A stretch of 64,000 bases of DNA from Naegleria gruberi (Eukaryota), in NCBI GenBank assembly GCA_000004985.1, contig GG738919.1. One strand, 5' to 3'. How positions within the stretch are numbered: the stretch's first letter is position 1; each line of letters begins with the position of its first letter. A program made the translations under genes and the position numbers. This document shows positions 1 to 10,910 of the stretch, in pieces. A model generated the notes under the pieces. That model saw nothing but the letters and a program-made list of their open reading frames with translations. It searched no databases and was not told where the DNA came from.

Positions 1-18
1 ACTCATTTGGAATCAACC

Positions 19-792
19 ATGACAAAGTTCAAGAAGGGGTCTTCATGGAAGACAATTAACAATAATTCCAAGTCATTTGAAATGTTGAATGGATTTACAG
101 GATTTATTACTTTGAAGAATAAGGGAAAGGAGCTAAAGGTGGCTGTTACTGGAAAGATGTATGCAATTTTAATTGGACACAATTCCATACTGACCTATTC
201 TTACTTGTCTAATTGTGCTAGTCCTTATGAGTCATCATTGGAAGAATGTGTTTTCAAATCAATGCCTCCAAAAGAATCCACTCTATTCACCTCTCTATAC
301 TGTGATATTGCTGATTCTCTGTGGTTGAGACACCCATTTGGTTGGGTCTATCAGGAAAAAGACTATTCTGAATTGAGCTATCTCTATTCTCCAGTTCATA
401 TCAAAAAATCAGCTATTGATCAAATTATTGTGGAACAAATTACCAATGATCAATTCAAATCATTAGAAGATCTTTCAAATCAACATTTAAATCATCTCAC
501 TTCCACACTAAAGAATGTCAAGATTATTAGTCCTGTCAAGAAACGTGAAAGATTCAATCCATCACTAACTGTTTCAACAACCAACATTTCTGGATCCAGA
601 TTATTTTATGAATTTGAAATTAGCTATCAAAAAGAAGATACCACACTCACAAGAATCGTCAACCTTACAACAACTTTTGGAAGAAACTTTTGGTTCCTCT
701 CCTATGAAACCTCAACAAAATCCCAAATCAATAAGGATACCTACGAGTGCACTATTTCACAAATTCGTTTCGATGAATCAAAGAAAGAATAA
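19..792 (+). CDS. hypothetical protein (frame is open back to window position 1; true N-terminus may lie upstream of the window)
   Basis: 258-codon ORF 19-792 (excl. stop) with first ATG at 19 and frame open from position 1. No recognisable motif (no P-loop, no TM). Coding-like composition. TAA stop at 790-792. Confidence 0.45.
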   Translation: MTKFKKGSSWKTINNNSKSFEMLNGFTGFITLKNKGKELKVAVTGKMYAILIGHNSILTYSYLSNCASPYESSLEECVFKSMPPKESTLFTSLYCDIADSLWLRHPFGWVYQEKDYSELSYLYSPVHIKKSAIDQIIVEQITNDQFKSLEDLSNQHLNHLTSTLKNVKIISPVKKRERFNPSLTVSTTNISGSRLFYEFEISYQKEDTTLTRIVNLTTTFGRNFWFLSYETSTKSQINKDTYECTISQIRFDESKKE

Positions 793-1038
793 AGAATATA
801 TTGATGAACTCACATTAACATTGTAACCTATGCAATTTCAAGGAGAAACACAAATTCAATCTGATTTCAGGAGAACTTGCAATCTATTTTTAATTCACAA
901 AAACTTAAAAAAAATCCAAAACCTCGAGCAAGAAGGAATTTATTTTCAATTTGCTTTTAAAAACTCTAAGAGACCGGAGATAATATTATCCAATAATATT
1001 ATTTATTTTAATAATTGTTAAATAATAATAATAACACT

Positions 1039-2058
1039 ATGGGTGTACGTAAACTTGCTACTATTCGTACTGCAGGAGAAATTACTCCTATTGCAGGTGC
1101 AGAAGCTATTGAATGTTGCCATGTTGATGGTTGGACTTGTGTGATCAAGAAGGGAGAATTTAAACAAGGTGAGAGGGGAGTCTATTTTGAAATTGATAGT
1201 TTCATAAAGGAAGATAATGATAGGTATCCAATGCTTTCAAAACAAGTTATTGATTATGAAGGTCAAAGAGGTACTCGTCTTCGTACTGCTAGGTTGAGAG
1301 GTCAATTGAGCCAAGGGTTGTTCTTGCCAATGGATAGATTCCCAGAATTGGCTTCCAATCAAGTGGGTGATGATGTTACAGAAATTCTAGGAATTACAAA
1401 ATGGGAACCACCAATTTCCACTAATCTTTCTGGTGAAATTTTGGGTGAATTTCCAACTTTTATTAGTAAGACAGATCAGGAACGTGTACAAAACTTAATT
1501 CCACAAATTGAAGAAAATAAGGGTCAAAAATTTGAAGTGACTGTGAAATTGGATGGCTCATCAATGACTGTATATAGGAAAGATGACCATATTGGTGTAT
1601 GTGGAAGAAATTGGGAATTGAGAGAAACTGCAACTAATGCACAATGGCATGCTGTTAGGAGAAACAAAATGATTGAAGGATTACAATTTTTAAATAGAAA
1701 TTTGGCCCTACAAGGTGAAATTATTGGAGAATCAATTCAAGGAAATTTGGAAAAATTGAAAGGTCAAGATTTTTACTTGTTTGATATTTATGATATTGAT
1801 AAGGCTCAGTATTTGACACCAATTGAACGACAATCATTGGTGAAGCAATTGAATGATAACGGATTCACTGTCAAACATGTCCCAATTTTGGATGATTTGG
1901 AATTGAATCATACAGCAGAGCAGATTTTGGCAATGGCTGATGGGCCATCTTTGAACAAGAATGTCAAAAGAGAAGGTTTAGTATTCAAGAGATTGGACGG
2001 TAAATTTAGTTTCAAAGCAATTTCCAATGCCTATCTTGAAAAGCATAAAGATCGATAA
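1039..2058 (+). CDS. ATP-dependent RNA ligase, Rnl5/DraRnl-like nick-sealing ligase (NgrRnl-like), 339 aa
   Basis: ATG at 1039 (MGVRKLATIRT...). Nucleotidyltransferase motif I KLDGSS has the lysine at residue 170. Motif IV QGEIIGE gives Glu227. C-terminal EGLVFKRLDGKFSFKAIS gives Lys326. Length 339 aa. Length and residue numbering match what I recall for Naegleria gruberi NgrRnl (Rnl5 family, homologous to Deinococcus DraRnl). Single exon. Confidence 0.85.
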   Translation: MGVRKLATIRTAGEITPIAGAEAIECCHVDGWTCVIKKGEFKQGERGVYFEIDSFIKEDNDRYPMLSKQVIDYEGQRGTRLRTARLRGQLSQGLFLPMDRFPELASNQVGDDVTEILGITKWEPPISTNLSGEILGEFPTFISKTDQERVQNLIPQIEENKGQKFEVTVKLDGSSMTVYRKDDHIGVCGRNWELRETATNAQWHAVRRNKMIEGLQFLNRNLALQGEIIGESIQGNLEKLKGQDFYLFDIYDIDKAQYLTPIERQSLVKQLNDNGFTVKHVPILDDLELNHTAEQILAMADGPSLNKNVKREGLVFKRLDGKFSFKAISNAYLEKHKDR

Positions 2059-2253
2059 ATTAACATGAACGAGATTTTTCATCTTGTTGAACTTTTTATC
2101 GTTACAACAACTCTCAACTGTTATAAATTAGTAAGGTAGATATACAACTACATCACCAAGTCTTTCAATTAAATCTTATGAATGACTCACCAAACTTCTG
2201 CTTTGTAATTTTCCGAGATTAAACTTTCAGAATCTATAAAATCATTCAATATG

Positions 2254-5200
2254 NNNNNNNNNNNNNNNNNNNNNNNNNNNNNNNNNNNNNNNNNNNNNNN
2301 NNNNNNNNNNNNNNNNNNNNNNNNNNNNNNNNNNNNNNNNNNNNNNNNNNNNNNNNNNNNNNNNNNNNNNNNNNNNNNNNNNNNNNNNNNNNNNNNNNNN
2401 NNNNNNNNNNNNNNNNNNNNNNNNNNNNNNNNNNNNNNNNNNNNNNNNNNNNNNNNNNNNNNNNNNNNNNNNNNNNNNNNNNNNNNNNNNNNNNNNNNNN
2501 NNNNNNNNNNNNNNNNNNNNNNNNNNNNNNNNNNNNNNNNNNNNNNNNNNNNNNNNNNNNNNNNNNNNNNNNNNNNNNNNNNNNNNNNNNNNNNNNNNNN
2601 NNNNNNNNNNNNNNNNNNNNNNNNNNNNNNNNNNNNNNNNNNNNNNNNNNNNNNNNNNNNNNNNNNNNNNNNNNNNNNNNNNNNNNNNNNNNNNNNNNNN
2701 NNNNNNNNNNNNNNNNNNNNNNNNNNNNNNNNNNNNNNNNNNNNNNNNNNNNNNNNNNNNNNNNNNNNNNNNNNNNNNNNNNNNNNNNNNNNNNNNNNNN
2801 NNNNNNNNNNNNNNNNNNNNNNNNNNNNNNNNNNNNNNNNNNNNNNNNNNNNNNNNNNNNNNNNNNNNNNNNNNNNNNNNNNNNNNNNNNNNNNNNNNNN
2901 NNNNNNNNNNNNNNNNNNNNNNNNNNNNNNNNNNNNNNNNNNNNNNNNNNNNNNNNNNNNNNNNNNNNNNNNNNNNNNNNNNNNNNNNNNNNNNNNNNNN
3001 NNNNNNNNNNNNNNNNNNNNNNNNNNNNNNNNNNNNNNNNNNNNNNNNNNNNNNNNNNNNNNNNNNNNNNNNNNNNNNNNNNNNNNNNNNNNNNNNNNNN
3101 NNNNNNNNNNNNNNNNNNNNNNNNNNNNNNNNNNNNNNNNNNNNNNNNNNNNNNNNNNNNNNNNNNNNNNNNNNNNNNNNNNNNNNNNNNNNNNNNNNNN
3201 NNNNNNNNNNNNNNNNNNNNNNNNNNNNNNNNNNNNNNNNNNNNNNNNNNNNNNNNNNNNNNNNNNNNNNNNNNNNNNNNNNNNNNNNNNNNNNNNNNNN
3301 NNNNNNNNNNNNNNNNNNNNNNNNNNNNNNNNNNNNNNNNNNNNNNNNNNNNNNNNNNNNNNNNNNNNNNNNNNNNNNNNNNNNNNNNNNNNNNNNNNNN
3401 NNNNNNNNNNNNNNNNNNNNNNNNNNNNNNNNNNNNNNNNNNNNNNNNNNNNNNNNNNNNNNNNNNNNNNNNNNNNNNNNNNNNNNNNNNNNNNNNNNNN
3501 NNNNNNNNNNNNNNNNNNNNNNNNNNNNNNNNNNNNNNNNNNNNNNNNNNNNNNNNNNNNNNNNNNNNNNNNNNNNNNNNNNNNNNNNNNNNNNNNNNNN
3601 NNNNNNNNNNNNNNNNNNNNNNNNNNNNNNNNNNNNNNNNNNNNNNNNNNNNNNNNNNNNNNNNNNNNNNNNNNNNNNNNNNNNNNNNNNNNNNNNNNNN
3701 NNNNNNNNNNNNNNNNNNNNNNNNNNNNNNNNNNNNNNNNNNNNNNNNNNNNNNNNNNNNNNNNNNNNNNNNNNNNNNNNNNNNNNNNNNNNNNNNNNNN
3801 NNNNNNNNNNNNNNNNNNNNNNNNNNNNNNNNNNNNNNNNNNNNNNNNNNNNNNNNNNNNNNNNNNNNNNNNNNNNNNNNNNNNNNNNNNNNNNNNNNNN
3901 NNNNNNNNNNNNNNNNNNNNNNNNNNNNNNNNNNNNNNNNNNNNNNNNNNNNNNNNNNNNNNNNNNNNNNNNNNNNNNNNNNNNNNNNNNNNNNNNNNNN
4001 NNNNNNNNNNNNNNNNNNNNNNNNNNNNNNNNNNNNNNNNNNNNNNNNNNNNNNNNNNNNNNNNNNNNNNNNNNNNNNNNNNNNNNNNNNNNNNNNNNNN
4101 NNNNNNNNNNNNNNNNNNNNNNNNNNNNNNNNNNNNNNNNNNNNNNNNNNNNNNNNNNNNNNNNNNNNNNNNNNNNNNNNNNNNNNNNNNNNNNNNNNNN
4201 NNNNNNNNNNNNNNNNNNNNNNNNNNNNNNNNNNNNNNNNNNNNNNNNNNNNNNNNNNNNNNNNNNNNNNNNNNNNNNNNNNNNNNNNNNNNNNNNNNNN
4301 NNNNNNNNNNNNNNNNNNNNNNNNNNNNNNNNNNNNNNNNNNNNNNNNNNNNNNNNNNNNNNNNNNNNNNNNNNNNNNNNNNNNNNNNNNNNNNNNNNNN
4401 NNNNNNNNNNNNNNNNNNNNNNNNNNNNNNNNNNNNNNNNNNNNNNNNNNNNNNNNNNNNNNNNNNNNNNNNNNNNNNNNNNNNNNNNNNNNNNNNNNNN
4501 NNNNNNNNNNNNNNNNNNNNNNNNNNNNNNNNNNNNNNNNNNNNNNNNNNNNNNNNNNNNNNNNNNNNNNNNNNNNNNNNNNNNNNNNNNNNNNNNNNNN
4601 NNNNNNNNNNNNNNNNNNNNNNNNNNNNNNNNNNNNNNNNNNNNNNNNNNNNNNNNNNNNNNNNNNNNNNNNNNNNNNNNNNNNNNNNNNNNNNNNNNNN
4701 NNNNNNNNNNNNNNNNNNNNNNNNNNNNNNNNNNNNNNNNNNNNNNNNNNNNNNNNNNNNNNNNNNNNNNNNNNNNNNNNNNNNNNNNNNNNNNNNNNNN
4801 NNNNNNNNNNNNNNNNNNNNNNNNNNNNNNNNNNNNNNNNNNNNNNNNNNNNNNNNNNNNNNNNNNNNNNNNNNNNNNNNNNNNNNNNNNNNNNNNNNNN
4901 NNNNNNNNNNNNNNNNNNNNNNNNNNNNNNNNNNNNNNNNNNNNNNNNNNNNNNNNNNNNNNNNNNNNNNNNNNNNNNNNNNNNNNNNNNNNNNNNNNNN
5001 NNNNNNNNNNNNNNNNNNNNNNNNNNNNNNNNNNNNNNNNNNNNNNNNNNNNNNNNNNNNNNNNNNNNNNNNNNNNNNNNNNNNNNNNNNNNNNNNNNNN
5101 NNNNNNNNNNNNNNNNNNNNNNNNNNNNNNNNNNNNNNNNNNNNNNNNNNNNNNNNNNNNNNNNNNNNNNNNNNNNNNNNNNNNNNNNNNNNNNNNNNNN

Positions 5201-6871
5201 NNNNNNNNNNNNNNNNNNNNNNNNNNNNNNNNNNNNNNNNNNNNNNNNNNNNNNNNNNNNNNNNNNNNNNNNNNNNNNNNNNNNNNNNNNNNNNNNNNNN
5301 NNNNNNNNNNNNNNNNNNNNNNNNNNNNNNNNNNNNNNNNNNNNNNNNNNNNNNNNNNNNNNNNNNNNNNNNNNNNNNNNNNNNNNNNNNNNNNNNNNNN
5401 NNNNNNNNNNNNNNNNNNNNNNNNNNNNNNNNNNNNNNNNNNNNNNNNNNNNNNNNNNNNNNNNNNNNNNNNNNNNNNNNNNNNNNNNNNNNNNNNNNNN
5501 NNNNNNNNNNNNNNNNNNNNNNNNNNNNNNNNNNNNNNNNNNNNNNNNNNNNNNNNNNNNNNNNNNNNNNNNNNNNNNNNNNNNNNNNNNNNNNNNNNNN
5601 NNNNNNNNNNNNNNNNNNNNNNNNNNNNNNNNNNNNNNNNNNNNNNNNNNNNNNNNNNNNNNNNNNNNNNNNNNNNNNNNNNNNNNNNNNNNNNNNNNNN
5701 NNNNNNNNNNNNNNNNNNNNNNNNNNNNNNNNNNNNNNNNNNNNNNNNNNNNNNNNNNNNNNNNNNNNNNNNNNNNNNNNNNNNNNNNNNNNNNNNNNNN
5801 NNNNNNNNNNNNNNNNNNNNNNNNNNNNNNNNNNNNNNNNNNNNNNNNNNNNNNNNNNNNNNNNNNNNNNNNNNNNNNNNNNNNNNNNNNNNNNNNNNNN
5901 NNNNNNNNNNNNNNNNNNNNNNNNNNNNNNNNNNNNNNNNNNNNNNNNNNNNNNNNNNNNNNNNNNNNNNNNNNNNNNNNNNNNNNNNNNNNNNNNNNNN
6001 NNNNNNNNNNNNNNNNNNNNNNNNNNNNNNNNNNNNNNNNNNNNNNNNNNNNNNNNNNNNNNNNNNNNNNNNNNNNNNNNNNNNNNNNNNNNNNNNNNNN
6101 NNNNNNNNNNNNNNNNNNNNNNNNNNNNNNNNNNNNNNNNNNNNNNNNNNNNNNNNNNNNNNNNNNNNNNNNNNNNNNNNNNNNNNNNNNNNNNNNNNNN
6201 NNNNNNNNNNNNNNNNNNNNNNNNNNNNNNNNNNNNNNNNNNNNNNNNNNNNNNNNNNNNNNNNNNNNNNNNNNNNNNNNNNNNNNNNNNNNNNNNNNNN
6301 NNNNNNNNNNNNNNNNNNNNNNNNNNNNNNNNNNNNNNNNNNNNNNNNNNNNNNNNNNNNNNNNNNNNNNNNNNNNNNNNNNNNNNNNNNNNNNNNNNNN
6401 NNNNNNNNNNNNNNNNNNNNNNNNNNNNNNNNNNNNNNNNNNNNNNNNNNNNNNNNNNNNNNNNNNNNNNNNNNNNNNNNNNNNNNNNNNNNNNNNNNNN
6501 NNNNNNNNNNNNNNNNNNNNNNNNNNNNNNNNNNNNNNNNNNNNNNNNNNNNNNNNNNNNNNNNNNNNNNNNNNNNNNNNNNNNNNNNNNNNNNNNNNNN
6601 NNNNNNNNNNNNNNNNNNNNNNNNNNNNNNNNNNNNNNNNNNNNNNNNNNNNNNNNNNNNNNNNNNNNNNNNNNNNNNNNNNNNNNNNNNNNNNNNNNNN
6701 NNNNNNNNNNNNNNNNNNNNNNNNNNNNNNNNNNNNNNNNNNNNNNNNNNNNNNNNNNNNNNNNNNNNNNNNNNNNNNNNNNNNNNNNNNNNNNNNNNNN
6801 NNNNNNNNNNNNNNNNNNNNNNNNNNNNNNNNNNNNNNNNNNNNNNNNNNNNNNNNNNNNNNNNNNNNNNN
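2254..6871. other. assembly gap (N run, 4618 nt)
   Basis: Uninterrupted n characters. Six-frame ORFs of XXXX across it are artefacts. Confidence 0.99.
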
Positions 6872-6896
6872 ATTTGTTTGACAATTATTTGAGCCC

Positions 6897-8912
6897 ATGT
6901 TGAAATTAATTGGATCAATTATTGGGGATAATCAAAATGTTGAGAAGGTTGTTGAACCGAGTGATGTTTTTAATATGAATATAGCAGAGTTTTTAGCCAA
7001 TGATGAGTACATGTCCCTACCATTGGTAAGTCATTGGATTGAAGTGGACTATTTCAATAGTAGTTTAATTCCGAGACAATACTTGATCTGGATTGTGCAA
7101 TACCTTTCAGGTATGAAAATCAAATATTTAAATAGTGAAATCAATGCTGCTGTTTGGGTATGTGATTTTTTGGAAAATACTATTGGATTACAAGTAACAA
7201 GCATGAAATTCGTGAATCAATTGTCCAAAGGAAAGAATTTTGAAAGGGAGGAGTTTATCCCAATTTTCTCAACAGAATTTACGTTTCAATTCTTGGCTAT
7301 TTGGATTGGAAATTTGGACTTGGTAAAGTGGTGTCTGGAATATCGTTCTGATAATGGAAACAATAGAATAGATACTCTATTGAGAACAGGAATTTTTGAA
7401 GGAGAGCCATCCAGCTATAACATAGTATCTTCATACGGGGCTTGCTACAAGAGAGATGGAGCTGGACTAAACATTTTACATTACGCAATTAGAGGAAAGA
7501 ATGTGGAGATTGTGAAATTATTGATCGAAAAGTACAAAGCCAATCCATTTCAATCTCAATTAATCTCTCCCGCACTTCTTGCATACAGAATGTACACTGC
7601 AGCACCCAAAGACGAGCCTTCCAACAAGATTTACAATCTATTGAAAGAAACCTACAAAGAACATCTGGAAAACCATGTCGAATCGAATAAGAATATATTC
7701 GATGAGGCGAACATGAAAATTTTTGATTTGGATGAAACAGAGGAAGACGATTTAGAAAAGTTACAAATTGATAAGGGTCCAAATGGAATCCCTCTCAACA
7801 AGAATGTGTTGTTAGAAAGAGATTACTATATTGATGAAGGGCTTTCAGATTCTGATGAAGAGTTAGAAGTTAGTGATGAAGATGAAGAGGAGGAATTTAT
7901 TGATATCAAAACAATAAGATCTAAAATTCATAATGTTGACAGTGAAGATCCTTGGGTACAGTGTGTAGAAACTGAAAAAGAATTATCCAAAAACATTACT
8001 GATCTATTGAAGGATACAGAAATAGTACAAGCTAGACATGATTTCATAGATGTTTATCCTTCAGTTCGTATTGGAAAACGTATAGGACTAGAAGAAAACA
8101 ACAAGAAGAGAGCATTCGAGGCTGGAGAAGGTAATGAATATGAACCTAAATTCAAGAAAAGAAAGGAAATGATAATTCCCAAAGCATTTTTTAATGGATT
8201 GACGAAAGTCATTTTAGGAAGTTATAGATTTGATACCATTATTAGCCCATCATCACAGGCAATTATGCAACAGGAAATAGAAAGACTTTGCATTGAATTA
8301 TTCAATTTAACATCTGAAATTTGCAAATTTTTCATGACAGACTTGTGTTTGAAGAATTTTATATTGGTAGCTTTCAATGCATATAATGGATGTTTTAAGG
8401 AAAGTTCAATTGATGAAGAAGCTCTAAAGAATCATTTATCTTCCCTTTCAATGAAGGAGATTAGCTCTGAAAACATTACTAGTATAGTTACTGAAATTAA
8501 TGAACAAAATCTCATGTTGTCAATTAATTACGACACTGATGAAGATGATCCTGACTTTGAAATTGAGTTTGATGATCCAAATGATAGAGTATTGTTTGGA
8601 ATTCAATCGGAGAGCAATATAAATCAGACCAAAGAAGAAAGTCCAAAGGACGATGGGTATGAATCAGATTGGTCTGATGAAAGTGAAATTGGTATCGAAA
8701 TTAGCGAAAATAACGATTTTATATTCTATCCCTCATCTATTGACCAGATAGAAAGTGAAAGGCCTCTCTCAGAAACTATTCTTGGTGATGAATATGCTAT
8801 CAAGTATGAATCTATTCAGAAAGATGGAAAGTATGGTTTTAATATTTATTCTAAAGATACACATTTAGTCAAGAGATTAATAACTAACTCCCAAGTAGAT
8901 ACCCAATTATGA
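6897..8912 (+). CDS. ankyrin-repeat-containing acidic protein, 671 aa (may have upstream exons inside the gap)
   Basis: ATG at 6897 sits 26 nt after the gap. One or two ankyrin repeats (GLNILHYAIRGKNVEIVKLLIEKYKANP). Long Asp/Glu-rich stretches (SDSDEELEVSDEDEEEEF; TDEDDPDFEIEFDDPND). TGA stop at 8910-8912. Confidence 0.55.
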   Translation: MLKLIGSIIGDNQNVEKVVEPSDVFNMNIAEFLANDEYMSLPLVSHWIEVDYFNSSLIPRQYLIWIVQYLSGMKIKYLNSEINAAVWVCDFLENTIGLQVTSMKFVNQLSKGKNFEREEFIPIFSTEFTFQFLAIWIGNLDLVKWCLEYRSDNGNNRIDTLLRTGIFEGEPSSYNIVSSYGACYKRDGAGLNILHYAIRGKNVEIVKLLIEKYKANPFQSQLISPALLAYRMYTAAPKDEPSNKIYNLLKETYKEHLENHVESNKNIFDEANMKIFDLDETEEDDLEKLQIDKGPNGIPLNKNVLLERDYYIDEGLSDSDEELEVSDEDEEEEFIDIKTIRSKIHNVDSEDPWVQCVETEKELSKNITDLLKDTEIVQARHDFIDVYPSVRIGKRIGLEENNKKRAFEAGEGNEYEPKFKKRKEMIIPKAFFNGLTKVILGSYRFDTIISPSSQAIMQQEIERLCIELFNLTSEICKFFMTDLCLKNFILVAFNAYNGCFKESSIDEEALKNHLSSLSMKEISSENITSIVTEINEQNLMLSINYDTDEDDPDFEIEFDDPNDRVLFGIQSESNINQTKEESPKDDGYESDWSDESEIGIEISENNDFIFYPSSIDQIESERPLSETILGDEYAIKYESIQKDGKYGFNIYSKDTHLVKRLITNSQVDTQL

Positions 8913-8994
8913 ACTGTTCATGTTGTAGATTCTACCAACCTTTTTAGAGAATTGAAGTGTAGTCATAATATAGAATTCATGTAAATCAATAATT

Positions 8995-9251
8995 TTATTT
9001 CTTATATTTTATCTTTTTCGAATTGTGTGTGGAATTGTATGGTTTAGATGGTTGATCGAGAGATATCTTATTCATCAATCCAACCAGTTGATCCTCAGAT
9101 TTCTTAGTATTGTAAAGATCCTTCAATTCCAAAGTTAAGTTTTTCAGCTCTTGTCGTTTGGATTCAATTTCATTTTGCAAACTTTTTATTTGATTCTTTT
9201 TAGCTTCGATTTCTTCATCCTTTTCCAAGTTTCTCTTGTTTCGAATAGGTT
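8995..9251 (-). CDS. C-terminal fragment of a coiled-coil protein; the rest is lost in the gap
   Basis: Minus-strand frame is open from the gap edge to a stop at 8995. Heptad-like sequence KNLEKDEEIEAKKNQIKSLQNEIESKRQELKNLTLELKDLYN. Confidence 0.4.
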
Positions 9252-10247
9252 NNNNNNNNNNNNNNNNNNNNNNNNNNNNNNNNNNNNNNNNNNNNNNNNN
9301 NNNNNNNNNNNNNNNNNNNNNNNNNNNNNNNNNNNNNNNNNNNNNNNNNNNNNNNNNNNNNNNNNNNNNNNNNNNNNNNNNNNNNNNNNNNNNNNNNNNN
9401 NNNNNNNNNNNNNNNNNNNNNNNNNNNNNNNNNNNNNNNNNNNNNNNNNNNNNNNNNNNNNNNNNNNNNNNNNNNNNNNNNNNNNNNNNNNNNNNNNNNN
9501 NNNNNNNNNNNNNNNNNNNNNNNNNNNNNNNNNNNNNNNNNNNNNNNNNNNNNNNNNNNNNNNNNNNNNNNNNNNNNNNNNNNNNNNNNNNNNNNNNNNN
9601 NNNNNNNNNNNNNNNNNNNNNNNNNNNNNNNNNNNNNNNNNNNNNNNNNNNNNNNNNNNNNNNNNNNNNNNNNNNNNNNNNNNNNNNNNNNNNNNNNNNN
9701 NNNNNNNNNNNNNNNNNNNNNNNNNNNNNNNNNNNNNNNNNNNNNNNNNNNNNNNNNNNNNNNNNNNNNNNNNNNNNNNNNNNNNNNNNNNNNNNNNNNN
9801 NNNNNNNNNNNNNNNNNNNNNNNNNNNNNNNNNNNNNNNNNNNNNNNNNNNNNNNNNNNNNNNNNNNNNNNNNNNNNNNNNNNNNNNNNNNNNNNNNNNN
9901 NNNNNNNNNNNNNNNNNNNNNNNNNNNNNNNNNNNNNNNNNNNNNNNNNNNNNNNNNNNNNNNNNNNNNNNNNNNNNNNNNNNNNNNNNNNNNNNNNNNN
10001 NNNNNNNNNNNNNNNNNNNNNNNNNNNNNNNNNNNNNNNNNNNNNNNNNNNNNNNNNNNNNNNNNNNNNNNNNNNNNNNNNNNNNNNNNNNNNNNNNNNN
10101 NNNNNNNNNNNNNNNNNNNNNNNNNNNNNNNNNNNNNNNNNNNNNNNNNNNNNNNNNNNNNNNNNNNNNNNNNNNNNNNNNNNNNNNNNNNNNNNNNNNN
10201 NNNNNNNNNNNNNNNNNNNNNNNNNNNNNNNNNNNNNNNNNNNNNNN
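9252..10247. other. assembly gap (N run, 996 nt)
   Basis: Uninterrupted n characters. Confidence 0.99.
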
Positions 10248-10910
10248 AGTGGGGGAACAACCAGCGTTGGTAGTTTGGCAACTAAAACTGTACTGAATGC
10301 ACCTTCAAAAATTGTCATTAACTCTAACAATGAGGTAATCTTTTCAGACTCTTTACACGGTAGAGTTCTTAAAATTGGTTTAGATGGTATTATTAGTGGA
10401 GTTGGAAATAGTTTTCGTATGCCCATTGGTATAGCATTAGGTTCCGATGGTGAAATGTATATTGCTGATACGAGCATTTTTGCAATACTTAAAATTGACA
10501 AGAAAGGAGTGCTTTCAACTATTGTAACTGGATTGGAATCTCCACGTGGCATTACATTAGATTCAAAGGGTAATATTTATGTCACAGATTTATATGTTAT
10601 ACATAAAATAACACCAGGTCAACAACCATCTCCCTATAAATCCACTCAACCTGATACTTCAATGAAACCAACTCAGCCTGATACTTCAATGAACCCAACT
10701 CCTGGAATATCAAGCAAACCAACTCCTGGAATATCAACCAAACCAACTCCTGGAATATCAAGCAACCCAACCCCAGGTCTCTCATTAAAACCAGCCCAGT
10801 CAATGAATGTTCCTACACCAAAAAATAGTGAAAGAGTTTCAGAAGCTCTTTCAGTTGTATCTGGTTGGCTTTTTACTTTTATAATCTTTATTTCAGTTTT
10901 CCAATTTTAG
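10248..10910 (+). CDS. NHL-repeat (six-bladed beta-propeller type) surface protein, C-terminal part: NHL repeats, then a Pro/Thr-rich tandem-repeat stalk, then a hydrophobic C-terminal tail (GPI-anchor or TM-like); N-terminus lies in the gap
   Basis: Frame is open from the gap edge. NHL-like motifs GEMYIADTS and SPRGITLDSKGNIYVTD. Repeats KPTQPDTSM x2 and PTPGISSKPTPGISTKPTPGISSNPTPG. Final 20 residues are hydrophobic (VVSGWLFTFIIFISVFQF). Stop at 10908-10910. Confidence 0.55.
   Translation, partial: SGGTTSVGSLATKTVLNAPSKIVINSNNEVIFSDSLHGRVLKIGLDGIISGVGNSFRMPIGIALGSDGEMYIADTSIFAILKIDKKGVLSTIVTGLESPRGITLDSKGNIYVTDLYVIHKITPGQQPSPYKSTQPDTSMKPTQPDTSMNPTPGISSKPTPGISTKPTPGISSNPTPGLSLKPAQSMNVPTPKNSERVSEALSVVSGWLFTFIIFISVFQF
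10642..10772 (+). repeat. in-frame coding tandem repeats: 27-nt unit x2, then 24-nt unit x3
   Basis: ccaactcagcctgatacttcaatgaa(a/c) repeated twice, then ccaactcctggaatatcaa(g/c)caaa repeated three times. These encode the PT-rich stalk of the NHL protein. Confidence 0.7.

Noticed and set aside
2187-6918. Four ~1550-aa ORFs of XXXX and similar ORFs across 9151-10552
   Set aside because: They are translations of N runs (assembly gaps), not sequence.
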